DNA of 64,000 bases. Origin: Candidatus Poribacteria bacterium (lineage in GTDB: Bacteria; Poribacteria; WGA-4E; WGA-3G). Positions within the stretch are counted from its first letter, which is position 1. Each line of letters opens with the position of its first letter. The DNA is taken from positions 203,039-267,038 of the forward strand of contig CBDCOJ010000031.1 of NCBI GenBank assembly GCA_965219695.1, written 5' to 3'. The notes below the pieces were generated by a model. It searched no databases, was not told where the DNA came from, and saw only the letters and a program-made list of their open reading frames with translations. A program made the translations under genes and the position numbers. Below, piece after piece: positions 19,964 to 30,028 of this stretch.

Positions 19964-21835
19964 TCAGAGATGTTTTCGGATATTTTCGGCAACGCTTCTC
20001 GGAATCCCTTTCACAGAGAGAAGTTCATCTAAACTTGCTTGTCGAATTGCATCAATCGAACCAAATTGTTGGAGCAATACTTGTTTTCGCTTCGGGCCAA
20101 TATTTGGAATTTCGTCTAGTACAGATTCACTCAGAGCTTTTTGTCGCAGTTTACGGTGATAGGTAATCGCAAACCGATGCGCCTCGTCCCGTAAGCGTTG
20201 AATTAAGTGTAAAGTAGGATTGTCTTCTCGTAATACAATTGGGTCAGGATTTTCCGGAACGAAAATTTCCTCAATCCTTTTAGCTAATGCAATCATTGGA
20301 ATCTGCGTGGGAACAGGATCCAAATTTGCTTGGGCAAAAGGTTGAAGTGCCGCTTGTGCCGCACTCAATTGTCCCTTGCCACCATCAATCAGCATTAAAT
20401 CCGGTAATTTACTAAATTTGTTATCGCCAGTTTCGGCACGCCGAAAACGCCGTGTTATGACCTCTTGCATCATTGCGTAGTCGTTCTGCCCGACGACATC
20501 GCGGATCCGAAATTGTCGATATTCACTTGAAGTAGGTTTGCCATCTTCCAAAACTACCATAGACCCAACAGCATATCTATCTCCAAGATTCGAAATATCA
20601 TAAGCTTCAATCCGTCTGAGAGGATGATTAATCTTAAGAAGTTCCTGTAGTTCAACTAAGGCGGGGTCAACATTGCTGCTGTAAACCACGCTCTGTTCCC
20701 GCTGTATCAGAAGCACTTCAGCGTTTTTCATTGCCAAACTTTGTAGTCGTCTGAGTCTGCCTGCCCGTGGCACGTGCAAAGAGACATGGTTTCCACGTTT
20801 TTCGCTAAGCCATTTTTCAATCAGTTCCACTGATTCAATTGGCATCGGTAGGACAATCGTTTTTGGAACCAAGACTGCATTTTGATAATACTGAGAGATG
20901 AATGCACTTATAGCAGTAGAGATTAATTCAGGGTGTACATCGTTGAGATAATAATGCTCACGCTCCAATAACTTACCATCTCGAATGTGCAACACTTGCA
21001 CGCAGGCAATATCGCCAAGACGGCTTTGCAAGTCGTGCTGGAAAGCGGTTGCAATACCGATAACATCTTCATCAACAGTTGAAACATTATCGAGACTCTG
21101 TTGTGTGGTAACAGCCTGTTGGACATCTTTGAGCATATCCCGATATTTCGCTGCAGTCTCAAAATCTAATGACTTTGATGCGGCTTCCATCTGCTGGCGC
21201 AACTCTTTTACAACAGCATTCGTATTCCCACCTAAGAACTGACATACTTTGCGAACTATCTTTTTATAATCCTGAACACTTATTTTATTCGCACAGGGCG
21301 CGGGACATCTACCGATATGATAATCAAGACATGCGCGATATTTGTTCCCGATTTCCTCAAGTGGTAGTGTGCAAGTGCGGATAGGAAACAGTTTGGTTAA
21401 CTGTTTCAGCACTTGTCGGGTGGAACGAACACGAACAAAGGGACCGAAATAACGTGTGCCATCGTTTTCTGTTTTACGCGTGATCGTAATGCGCGGAAAG
21501 GGTTCATTCGTTGTTACCCGCAGAAATGGATAGCGTTTATCGTCTTTTAGTTTAACATTATATCGTGGCTGATGTGCCTTAATCAGATTATTTTCAAGAA
21601 TCAGTGCCTCTATCTCAGTGCTTGTGACGATATAATCAACCTCTGTCACATATCGCATCATTTGCGCCGTAAGAGGATTTTCTGTGAGCCCACTCTGCTG
21701 AAAATAAGAACGAACACGATTCCGCAGGTTTACTGCTTTACCGATGTAGATCGGAGCCCCATCGGAAGCTTTCATCAAATAAACACCAGGGGATCCTGGA
21801 AGAGATTGCCACATTTTCGGTTGGTTTTCTTTCAT
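19964..21835 (-). CDS. uvrC: Excinuclease ABC subunit C
   Basis: An N-terminal GIY-YIG (GVYLMK...IYIGKA), a UvrBC homology region, and a C-terminal RNase H-like plus HhH domain. The start is either MKENQ at 21835 or MRKSS at 21868. Confidence 0.9.
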   Translation of the reverse strand: MKENQPKMWQSLPGSPGVYLMKASDGAPIYIGKAVNLRNRVRSYFQQSGLTENPLTAQMMRYVTEVDYIVTSTEIEALILENNLIKAHQPRYNVKLKDDKRYPFLRVTTNEPFPRITITRKTENDGTRYFGPFVRVRSTRQVLKQLTKLFPIRTCTLPLEEIGNKYRACLDYHIGRCPAPCANKISVQDYKKIVRKVCQFLGGNTNAVVKELRQQMEAASKSLDFETAAKYRDMLKDVQQAVTTQQSLDNVSTVDEDVIGIATAFQHDLQSRLGDIACVQVLHIRDGKLLEREHYYLNDVHPELISTAISAFISQYYQNAVLVPKTIVLPMPIESVELIEKWLSEKRGNHVSLHVPRAGRLRRLQSLAMKNAEVLLIQREQSVVYSSNVDPALVELQELLKINHPLRRIEAYDISNLGDRYAVGSMVVLEDGKPTSSEYRQFRIRDVVGQNDYAMMQEVITRRFRRAETGDNKFSKLPDLMLIDGGKGQLSAAQAALQPFAQANLDPVPTQIPMIALAKRIEEIFVPENPDPIVLREDNPTLHLIQRLRDEAHRFAITYHRKLRQKALSESVLDEIPNIGPKRKQVLLQQFGSIDAIRQASLDELLSVKGIPRSVAENIRKHL

Positions 21836-21842
21836 TTCCGAT

Positions 21843-22430
21843 CTACCTTGAAAACTTGACTTTCGCATAAATTGCTCGTAAAGCCAACTGACATTCTATT
21901 GATGCTAACACAAGCATATCGTCAAGCGAGCGAAATTCTTTCAAAGTCCAGTTTCCATTTTGGCGTACATACTGTTCAACATGCACACCACTCTGCGAAA
22001 CAAGGATATATTCTTGCAGAGATTCAAGGGGCTGATAGGACAAAAATTTGTCATGCCGATCATAATCTTCGGTTGATGGCGAAAGCACCTCTACGATGAC
22101 AGTTGGATTGAGAAGCATATCAAAGTGATTATCCTCAAAGCGCGGTTCATCGCATACAACGACAACATCTGGATATGTGTATAAGCTGCTGTCGCTAACC
22201 TTCACACGCATATCGTTAGTATAAACTTCATCTGCTTGCTCCAACAACTGTCTGTGGAATCCGTACAAAATATTACCGGTAATGAGATTATGCTGACGGT
22301 TTGCACGAGGCATTGCAACAATTTGTCCATTACGATACTCGTTTTTGAATTCTGCTTTTCGTTCTTTCACAAGATATTCTTCTGGTGTTAGAAGGATTTT
22401 TGCAGCAACAGTTGCCATTGTTTTTTCCAA
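21843..22430 (-). CDS. Uma2-family (DUF820) PD-(D/E)XK endonuclease
   Basis: YPDVVVVCDEPRFED...IVEVLSPSTEDYDR...KF..Y is typical Uma2. It is 55% identical to the paralog at 39186. Confidence 0.7.
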   Translation of the reverse strand: MEKTMATVAAKILLTPEEYLVKERKAEFKNEYRNGQIVAMPRANRQHNLITGNILYGFHRQLLEQADEVYTNDMRVKVSDSSLYTYPDVVVVCDEPRFEDNHFDMLLNPTVIVEVLSPSTEDYDRHDKFLSYQPLESLQEYILVSQSGVHVEQYVRQNGNWTLKEFRSLDDMLVLASIECQLALRAIYAKVKFSR

Positions 22431-22436
22431 ATATCT

Positions 22437-23135
22437 TTACGATTTCTCATAAACAGCCCGATAAATTTTCCTACCTTCTGAACGGTACTTCATTTCAAAG
22501 TTGGTAGTGATGTGTTCGTAGCCAGTCAGATTCAAAGAGACAGATTTTAATGATGTCAAATCTGCAAGCCTTTCTTGGATTTCGCTAAAATATTCTAAAA
22601 AATCTGTTGCGACGTACAACTTTCCGTCATTCAACGTGAGCGTTCGCGTAATGGCTGAGAGGAAATCTTTGTTGCGAAAGATTCTACGTTTCTGCTGACG
22701 CGCTTTTGGCCACGGATCAGGGAAATAGATATGATACGCTTGCACCGATTCATCAGGTACATATCGCGTCAAAAAGTAATTGGCATCTGTCCACGCGAGG
22801 CGCACATTTTGGAACATTTCCGATTTGTTGTCTATTGAGAAATGCCGTATGTATTTCCTAAACCGTTCACGTGTAATTTCTACATACTTTTGTGCACGTT
22901 CCACACCAATATAGTTAATATTGGGATATTGCTTTGACGCTTCAAGCAGAAATCGCCCCTTGCCGGGACCGACCTCAATTTCTACCGGATGTGAATTGCC
23001 GAACAGTTTTTGCCAATCAATTGGAGTAGGTTGATCATGTAAAGAAATAGCATTATCTTGCACCGCGTCAATTATCTGCGAATGGGAAGTGGTGCATTTA
23101 TAGTAGATGTCGTTGTAACGAGGTTCTGCATTCAT
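22437..23135 (-). CDS. trmB: tRNA (guanine46-N7)-methyltransferase
   Basis: EIEVGPGKGRFLLEASKQYPNINYIGVE is the SAM-binding motif, and there is a C-terminal YFPDPWPK. It overlaps the upstream epimerase gene by 4 bp. Confidence 0.85.
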   Translation of the reverse strand: MNAEPRYNDIYYKCTTSHSQIIDAVQDNAISLHDQPTPIDWQKLFGNSHPVEIEVGPGKGRFLLEASKQYPNINYIGVERAQKYVEITRERFRKYIRHFSIDNKSEMFQNVRLAWTDANYFLTRYVPDESVQAYHIYFPDPWPKARQQKRRIFRNKDFLSAITRTLTLNDGKLYVATDFLEYFSEIQERLADLTSLKSVSLNLTGYEHITTNFEMKYRSEGRKIYRAVYEKS

Positions 23136-23905
23136 TCTTCGTTTTGCATAAATTTGTGTAGATGCGTCTTAATCAGGTTATCCTGCGGTTCATAACCCAA
23201 TACTTCTACCGCGCCACTGATGTCAAGGTGACTCTGCTGGTACCCATCTGAATTCGCTGAACGACCATAGGTTATCAGATATTTAACGGGCCCATCGTAA
23301 TCCACTGCTAACCCAAACATTTGCACGCAATCACGCGGTGTCAAAAGTGTGCTGCAGTGCCTAAGCCCATTCGGTTCATAAGTGCCGTTAAAACTGCCAA
23401 TTCGAATACTGATAAATCGCATATCATGTGCATCAACAAGATAGCGTCCTGCGATCTCTGCCATGCCTTTCATTGCGCCATACCACCCATCAGGTCTGAA
23501 TTGATCGCCAGTAGAGAACCTTGGCGGTGAACTCAATCGTTCATTCCATCCTGACACATGATTTGTGCTTGCGTATACGATCTTTTTAATTCCACCCTCT
23601 CGTGCAGCCTCAAATAAATTCATTGATGCTCCAATGTCACTGACTTCTCCCGGATTTTTGCCAAGTGAATCTTGACGGATATACGCCAGATGCACCAAGA
23701 CATCTTGTTCTTGGCACAGCGCTTGCATTGCTGGATAATCCCGAATATCCGCCTGCTCTACGCGTGATGCTGCCCCCTCAATTGGATTGATGTCCATCAA
23801 GGTTAATGTATATAAATTCTGTTTTTCCCAAGCTTTCCAGAGTGTTGAACCTACTGTCCCCGCTGCACCTGTGATAAGTACTCGTTGTTTCATCTTTTTC
23901 TCCAA
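23132..23905 (-). CDS. NAD-dependent epimerase/dehydratase family protein (SDR)
   Basis: TGAAGTVGSTL Rossmann motif. 257 aa. Confidence 0.75.
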   Translation of the reverse strand: MEKKMKQRVLITGAAGTVGSTLWKAWEKQNLYTLTLMDINPIEGAASRVEQADIRDYPAMQALCQEQDVLVHLAYIRQDSLGKNPGEVSDIGASMNLFEAAREGGIKKIVYASTNHVSGWNERLSSPPRFSTGDQFRPDGWYGAMKGMAEIAGRYLVDAHDMRFISIRIGSFNGTYEPNGLRHCSTLLTPRDCVQMFGLAVDYDGPVKYLITYGRSANSDGYQQSHLDISGAVEVLGYEPQDNLIKTHLHKFMQNEE

Positions 23906-24017
23906 CTCGGCAAGGTAGGACTGTGCTTGCCTTTTTTCATAAGTTGACGCATAAGGTGCTGTTTCAAACCAAACTTACAGCCACGTGTTAACATATTTGG
24001 ATTTCACTAATCAGGTA

Positions 24018-24806
24018 TTAGGTGCGGGCTTGCAAGCGCGCGATCTGTTCTCGGAGTTTTGCGACTTCTGCTTCAGCAGTTTCTGCGCGTGTAGTTTCTT
24101 GTTCTGCGCGTGCTTCAGCAGTTTCTGCGCGTGTGGTTTCTTGTTCTGCGCGTGCTTCAGCAGTTTCTGCACGTATAGCTTCTTGTTCAGCAAGCGATAA
24201 CGCTGACTCTGCAGGTGTTTGAAGCCACTCATCTGCAACTGAGTCATAAATACCTAAACCGACATTATCAACATGGAAATCTAAACCCAGAGCAGCAGAA
24301 TGTAAACCGCCAGTCGGACCTGCTGAAATCGGAACATACACATTATCAACCAACTTAAAACCCATCAGCGCAGACGGTAAATACAATCCCTCCGCATCAT
24401 ATAAGAAGTAGTCTTGTATTCCCAATAAACCGTAAAGTTCCAACTTTTTACCTAAGTCGTCTCGGTATGTGTTTTTGCTTGAAAACTCCATCGCGAAATC
24501 AGGCACTTTCCCTTCCTCCCAGACTTTATACGTCCGCCGGAGTTTCTTACCTAAACCGAAAGTGACCAGAACATCTGGCGCAACTGATTTCCGCGGGTCT
24601 CCCTCCACATAATACATCAGTATGTCACCAGATACATAGACTTCCGGGTCTTCTTCAAAATGCGTATCAAGAACTTGTAATGTTCGGATAAGGATTCGTC
24701 TGTGAAGGTCGCTAACTGCCATCGGTTTTCCATCCGTATCAGGATAAAGGTCTGAGTCATCTGTCTGTGCGTAAGGGATATCGAGTCCTTTTAGATCAGT
24801 CGTCAT
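24018..24806 (-). CDS. Uma2-family endonuclease with a C-terminal 14-aa tandem-repeat tail (coiled coil)
   Basis: Uma2 core (PDVLVTFG..., DYFLYDAEG). The C-terminus AETAEARAEQETTR x3 is encoded by a 42-bp tandem repeat at 24071-24194. Confidence 0.65.
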   Translation of the reverse strand: MTTDLKGLDIPYAQTDDSDLYPDTDGKPMAVSDLHRRILIRTLQVLDTHFEEDPEVYVSGDILMYYVEGDPRKSVAPDVLVTFGLGKKLRRTYKVWEEGKVPDFAMEFSSKNTYRDDLGKKLELYGLLGIQDYFLYDAEGLYLPSALMGFKLVDNVYVPISAGPTGGLHSAALGLDFHVDNVGLGIYDSVADEWLQTPAESALSLAEQEAIRAETAEARAEQETTRAETAEARAEQETTRAETAEAEVAKLREQIARLQART

Positions 24807-24996
24807 CGGTCCTTCTCCTTTGCCATAAGGTGTGTGAAAATAGGGTGTTCGGAAGTTGATACACGGTTTGCATTATGTGTTAATTGTAACTAAAAATTGA
24901 GAAGGTGTCAAACAAGTTTAGGAGCATAGGGTGTATAAATATTTGTCCGAGTCTGATTTTTCAATAATTCTTGGATTAGACGATTGATACCTCACG

Positions 24997-27708
24997 TTAC
25001 GCATCCGCTGGCAACTCCGCTAAAATTTGATCACGTACCTTTTGCGGATCAGCAACAGGTTGCACATAAAATCGGTCAATCGCTTGTCCTCCTAAACCAG
25101 AACATTTACACATCTCAACGTTCAACTCCAATTTCGCCAAAATTCCGCTGAAATAGTGGAGAAAACCGACCTTCTCCTCGCCTGTCACCACAATTTCTGT
25201 GTAATTTCGTGCTGTTTCTACACTGACATCATCTACACGCCATGCGCCTTCCGGGTCTACATAGTGTTTCTCAAAAATCTGTTCAAGAGTTACCTCTTGT
25301 GCCATCAAGCTCCGAATGTCAAAATCCAGATCACGTTTTAATTCCTCGTCAAGCGGCAGGGGTTCCGCATTAGAATGTGGTGGTTGATGCACAAGACGGT
25401 AAATTTCCAACTCAACATGCGTATCCTGTTTCGTATAGACACGCGCATCACGGACATCTATATTATTCGCAAAAAACAGACCACTCACTGTGTGCAGCTT
25501 ACCGACACGACTATGACCGCAAAGATGCAATTCAGTAAACCCCGGTTTATCAACGAATTGAAGGATAGCCGCATTTGCTGTCTGATTTGCATCATCAGAG
25601 GATGTCGCTTCCGCTTGTGTAATCATTTTCATGTGCATGGGAATCTCCTCTGGCGGAATACCGATACGGTAAGTGACCGGCATCTGATGGAGAAAATGTT
25701 GAAATTCTGCTGGTGGCGCGGAAACCCCCCACTGCGATTCCTCTTGACCTACGAAACGCACCCGAACAACTTCGTATAACCGCTTGAGATTGTGTTTTAC
25801 CAGATTACTAAAGCTTTGTGAACCGTTCGCTTTTGAATCGCAATAAGTTAACAGATAAAGCGCAGTTAGACGTTCTAATGAATTAACCTTTTCGCAAAAT
25901 TCTGAGATTGTGCTCTCATCCCACTGGTGATAACGTGCCAATGTAATCATCGTAAGATGTTCACGAATCAGAAAGGAGATATCATCTGTTTGTTGTGGAT
26001 TAAACCCAAATTCTGGCGCGATACGTTTCGCTTTTTCTGCGCCTGTCTCTGGATGCGTAGGGTCAGGTTTATCAATATCATGTAGAAAAAGTGCCATGTA
26101 CAGCGATGCTGGATCGGAAAGTGAACGAAATGCGGTGTTCAACTCCTCCAATTCAGAACTTGGAGAGGTTCCCATCGGTTGCCCGAGGCGAGCACCTCCA
26201 AATGGACTACTTGATTCAGTGCGGCGAATTTCATCAAGATGTCCGATCGCTGTTAGTGTATGTTTACCTACGGTATATGGATCAAGGCTGCGTTCGCTTC
26301 GCGTCATCATCGCTTTTTCAAAACGTTCCCCTCCTTCACCGAGTCGAGACAGAATCCCAAGTCTATGTAGACGTGTCAAGCTCTTTTCTACATTACCGGG
26401 TGTGTTTATGAGTTCAGCCATTCTCGGTTTAAAACGTTCCCAATCAAACGCATCAACATAAGCGAAGATAAAGGTGGCAAGTGATGGGTCAATCTCAAAA
26501 TCGTATTGTTGGAAATAAGCAAATAGTTTAAAGAGTTCATCTGTATCAAGTTCGCCGAAGTTGTTATCAATACAGTAAAGCACATCTGTTCGCACTCCGA
26601 GTACATCAGAAACGGGTATGCCGTTTGCAAGAAATTTCCGTATCAATAATTCAGCCTTAAAATGAAGATATTTGGCTTTAGCGTAATAGTCTGCCATAAA
26701 ATCATAACGGGATTCCTCTGTTTTGTCTGAATAACCGAGTGCAGCTGCAATTTGCGACTGGAGTGTGTCCTCTTGTTCTGGATGGTAGGAGAGCGAGTCG
26801 TGGGGTGCATCTGCCAAAACGTGTAACATATTCCGTACCTTGAACATAAAATCAAGAGATGGCATCAGTTGTTCATCATCAAAACGTTGATAAAGTTCAA
26901 GTATTGAGGTAAACTGCGGAAGTCCGCACATCCAGAGGGCATATTGAAGTGTTCTTAACCCGCCTCGCCCCGTTTTTATATCTGGTTGATTTAGATAGAT
27001 CGTATCCTCGGAAGCTTTAAAGGAATCCGCTTTTGATTGTAGGAGGTCAAGCACAAGTGAAATGTCAGATTTATCGGAATGGACCGCTTTTCGAAACTTT
27101 TCTGTTAGTGTCGTATCTCCTACGATAAACCGCATATCAATCAGTGCGGTCATGTCTTGATAATTCCACTTGGTTATATCTGCCATCGGACGGTAAATAA
27201 AACTAAACTCAAAACCGGGAATCGCCGTATGTAGACTATCAAAAAAATCATAGAACCATCGAATGAGTTCCAAAGTTCCCTCGTCGTACACATCCTCAAG
27301 ATCAACAGAAGAGGTATACACAACATCAACGTCTGAATAGAAGCAAAGTTCATTTCTGCCATAACTGCCTACAGCATACAGCGCAACATCCGGGGACCAT
27401 TCGTCAGGAATGTCATCTGAGAAATCACTGTAATCAACACCAGGTATCTTGAGGAGTTCTTCAACCTGTTTTGTGTATTCATCCTGAATTTGATAGGAAG
27501 CGACTTCGTAGACTTTCTGGATAACAGCATCCCATATCTGTGTGTGCATAGAGCACGCTGAAAACCCACTCTCTCCCGCTAAGATATGAGTTTTGAGTGC
27601 TTCTCGCTCAGATTTAATGAAAGCGGCTAACTGTTGTTGCAACACTACTTGAGAGATGTTTAGATTTGGAATGAATTGTGTAAGTCGGTTTTCGATCTGT
27701 ATTGACAT
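24997..27708 (-). CDS. glnD: [Protein-PII] uridylyltransferase/uridylyl-removing enzyme-like protein (GlnD family)
   Basis: An N-terminal nucleotidyltransferase (GSYGRNELCFYSDVDVV), an HD domain (LFLHDIDKP), and C-terminal ACT-like regions. 903 aa. Confidence 0.7.
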   Translation of the reverse strand: MSIQIENRLTQFIPNLNISQVVLQQQLAAFIKSEREALKTHILAGESGFSACSMHTQIWDAVIQKVYEVASYQIQDEYTKQVEELLKIPGVDYSDFSDDIPDEWSPDVALYAVGSYGRNELCFYSDVDVVYTSSVDLEDVYDEGTLELIRWFYDFFDSLHTAIPGFEFSFIYRPMADITKWNYQDMTALIDMRFIVGDTTLTEKFRKAVHSDKSDISLVLDLLQSKADSFKASEDTIYLNQPDIKTGRGGLRTLQYALWMCGLPQFTSILELYQRFDDEQLMPSLDFMFKVRNMLHVLADAPHDSLSYHPEQEDTLQSQIAAALGYSDKTEESRYDFMADYYAKAKYLHFKAELLIRKFLANGIPVSDVLGVRTDVLYCIDNNFGELDTDELFKLFAYFQQYDFEIDPSLATFIFAYVDAFDWERFKPRMAELINTPGNVEKSLTRLHRLGILSRLGEGGERFEKAMMTRSERSLDPYTVGKHTLTAIGHLDEIRRTESSSPFGGARLGQPMGTSPSSELEELNTAFRSLSDPASLYMALFLHDIDKPDPTHPETGAEKAKRIAPEFGFNPQQTDDISFLIREHLTMITLARYHQWDESTISEFCEKVNSLERLTALYLLTYCDSKANGSQSFSNLVKHNLKRLYEVVRVRFVGQEESQWGVSAPPAEFQHFLHQMPVTYRIGIPPEEIPMHMKMITQAEATSSDDANQTANAAILQFVDKPGFTELHLCGHSRVGKLHTVSGLFFANNIDVRDARVYTKQDTHVELEIYRLVHQPPHSNAEPLPLDEELKRDLDFDIRSLMAQEVTLEQIFEKHYVDPEGAWRVDDVSVETARNYTEIVVTGEEKVGFLHYFSGILAKLELNVEMCKCSGLGGQAIDRFYVQPVADPQKVRDQILAELPADA

Positions 27709-27824
27709 TGATTAAAGATGTTTTCTGTTTGAAATAGTTGTTGGGAAACGTTTGTGAGGTTGAATATTTATCGATTAAATGCATTATACACATAATAGTA
27801 AGTAAAATACAAGACTTTTTCACT

Positions 27825-28005
27825 GTCTGAACCAAGATTTTCAGGATTATAGGATTTCCAAGATTATATTTCATCAAGTCTTTTTACAAGGATTAACCCA
27901 TAATGTGTATCAGAACGATAGTAATGTCTATCCTACGCAACCCGTTTTTTCCGGCAAATATCACAATCCTATAAATTTTGTAATCCTGAAAATCTTGGTT
28001 CAGAC
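27825..28005. promoter_or_regulatory. Pair of perfect 25-bp inverted repeats (GTCTGAACCAAGATTTTCAGGATTA ... TAATCCTGAAAATCTTGGTTCAGAC) separated by 131 bp in the divergent glnD/PhyH intergenic region
   Basis: The repeats lie at 27825-27849 and 27981-28005. Short direct repeats aggattata occur between them. Confidence 0.45.
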
Positions 28006-28242
28006 AAAAACGTGGCGTGGCACCCTGGCCATCTTAGAAAGAAAATATAGGCAACCATTGAAAAAATTCATATACGTCTTCTTTTTTCTTGACACACTTT
28101 TCGGACATTGCTAATATGCAGAACGTTGGGAAACAATAGCAGATATGTAAGACAGATAATACGTCGTTGTTCGGCGCGCTTGCAAAACGCGCCTACCAGT
28201 GTTTTTAGTACTTCACCGTCATCAACGTTGGAGAAATTACCT

Positions 28243-29031
28243 ATGAACGAAGAACAAAAATACCTATTTGATTTGACGGGATATATCATAGTTGAGAATG
28301 CGCTCTCCACCGAAGAGGTTGGACAGTGCAATGCAGCAATTGACCACCATATAGAAAATCTCAGAGAACGCGAGAACTCTTTGGCTGGTGGTTCAGAAGC
28401 ACTTGCAGGAACGGCACACCGCATGGATATGGGTGGCATGTTGGCATGGGAAAAACCTTGGTGCGAACCGTTTCGTCAGTTACTGGTACATCCAAATGTT
28501 AAACCGCACTTGGAGGAAGTTTTAGGGAAAAAATACAGGCTTGACCACGGACCAGGCTTAATCGCTATGGAAGATGGTACTGAAGGCGGCACACTACACG
28601 GTGGTGGAATTGAACGCCCTAATTTCTCGGAGGCATACTTTTTCAAATATGGTCGCATCTACACAGGACTCACCGTCGTGGAATATATGCTTGCCGATGA
28701 GGGACCTGGTGACGGTGGGCTTGCGATTATTCCCGGCAGCCATAAAGCGAATCTTCCATGTCCGAGTAATATGAAACGATACGAAAAACACCAGAACTTG
28801 GTGCTTGAAGTCAACGCTAAGGCAGGCGATGCTGTTATTTTTACTGAAACCTTAACACACGGCACGCTTCCTTGGAAAGCCTCGCACCAACGGCGTGCAT
28901 TGCTCTATAAATTTAGTCCCGGTTTTCAGGCATATAGTGCAGGGGCACATCGCATTGAATATCCAGACTATATTGAAGACATGTCGCCTGAACAACGCGA
29001 AGTGATGGAAGCACCACACATAAGGCATTAG
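28243..29031 (+). CDS. Phytanoyl-CoA dioxygenase (PhyH) family Fe(II)/2-oxoglutarate oxygenase
   Basis: The start MNEEQKY follows GGAGA. PhyH-like HxD...H spacing (HRMD...; ...HGTLP). 263 aa. Confidence 0.7.
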   Translation: MNEEQKYLFDLTGYIIVENALSTEEVGQCNAAIDHHIENLRERENSLAGGSEALAGTAHRMDMGGMLAWEKPWCEPFRQLLVHPNVKPHLEEVLGKKYRLDHGPGLIAMEDGTEGGTLHGGGIERPNFSEAYFFKYGRIYTGLTVVEYMLADEGPGDGGLAIIPGSHKANLPCPSNMKRYEKHQNLVLEVNAKAGDAVIFTETLTHGTLPWKASHQRRALLYKFSPGFQAYSAGAHRIEYPDYIEDMSPEQREVMEAPHIRH

Positions 29032-29042
29032 TGGAGAATATT

Positions 29043-29990
29043 ATGGCAAACCTACGAAGCGCAGTTATAGGATGTGGTGGACGCGGACGCGGTCACATGA
29101 AAATCCTCTCTGAATTTGAAGATACCGACCTTGTCGCAGTTTGCGATCTGGTAGAAAACGCACGAAACAGTGCTGGTGATACATTCAACGTCTCAAAACG
29201 TTATGACACGATAGAAGCATTGCTGGACAATGAAACACTTGATGCAGTTTTCGTTGCGACGCCTGCACATCTTAACGCAGAAGCCGCTGCGCCGTGTTTA
29301 GAACGTGGGGTTAATACACTGCTCGAAAAACCGCCAGGGATGAGTGTTGAAGAAACCATTAATTTGCGGGATACTGCAAAGAAAACTGGTGCGAAAGGGA
29401 TGGTAGGTTGGAATCGCCGTTTTCATCCAATTATTGTGGAAGCAACGCAACGAGTAAAAGCGCGTGGAAACGTTACACAATTGGTAGGCGAATTCCACAA
29501 GAGTATCACACGTTTAGCAAAATCAGGCAGATTTCCTGAACATCTAATGGACAACATGTTTCTGGAAACACCAATTCATGCGCTGGATACACTCCGCGCA
29601 ATTGCCGAATCAGATGTACAGGAAGTGCATAGTGTCGTCCAACGGAGTATTTCAGATTACAAGGATGTTCATGCCGCCTTGATTCTCTTTAAGAACGGGT
29701 GTGTTGCGCAACTCATCGCAAACTATACTACAGATGCCCGTCTTGAACGGTACGAGATTCACGGCAGAGACATCTCAGCATATCTTGAAGGCGTTTCGCA
29801 GGGAACAATTTTTTGTGATGGCACACAACACAAACTCACCGAACCTGGAAGTAGTGGTTCCGTAGAGCAAAATAGGTATTTTCTTGATTGTGTTAAATCT
29901 GATACGCCTGTTTCACTACCCGCAGCCAACTTGGACGAAGCAGTAAAAACGATGCAACTTGCAGCGGATATTTTAAGCGGATTAAAGTAG
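29043..29990 (+). CDS. Gfo/Idh/MocA-family NAD(P)-dependent oxidoreductase
   Basis: An N-terminal Rossmann AVIGCGGRGRGH and EKP motif (LLEKPPG). Confidence 0.8.
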   Translation: MANLRSAVIGCGGRGRGHMKILSEFEDTDLVAVCDLVENARNSAGDTFNVSKRYDTIEALLDNETLDAVFVATPAHLNAEAAAPCLERGVNTLLEKPPGMSVEETINLRDTAKKTGAKGMVGWNRRFHPIIVEATQRVKARGNVTQLVGEFHKSITRLAKSGRFPEHLMDNMFLETPIHALDTLRAIAESDVQEVHSVVQRSISDYKDVHAALILFKNGCVAQLIANYTTDARLERYEIHGRDISAYLEGVSQGTIFCDGTQHKLTEPGSSGSVEQNRYFLDCVKSDTPVSLPAANLDEAVKTMQLAADILSGLK

Positions 29991-30028
29991 GCACTTGTGT
30001 TATACGTTTTAGGAAGAAAAACTTTCTC

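Noticed and set aside
23921-23950. Plus-strand hairpin GGCAAG-N11-CTTGCC followed by TTTTTT (terminator-like)
   Set aside because: No plus-strand gene ends upstream of it, and on the minus strand the T-run is on the wrong side. It is probably incidental or part of the 17-bp ttgacgcataaggtgc repeat context.
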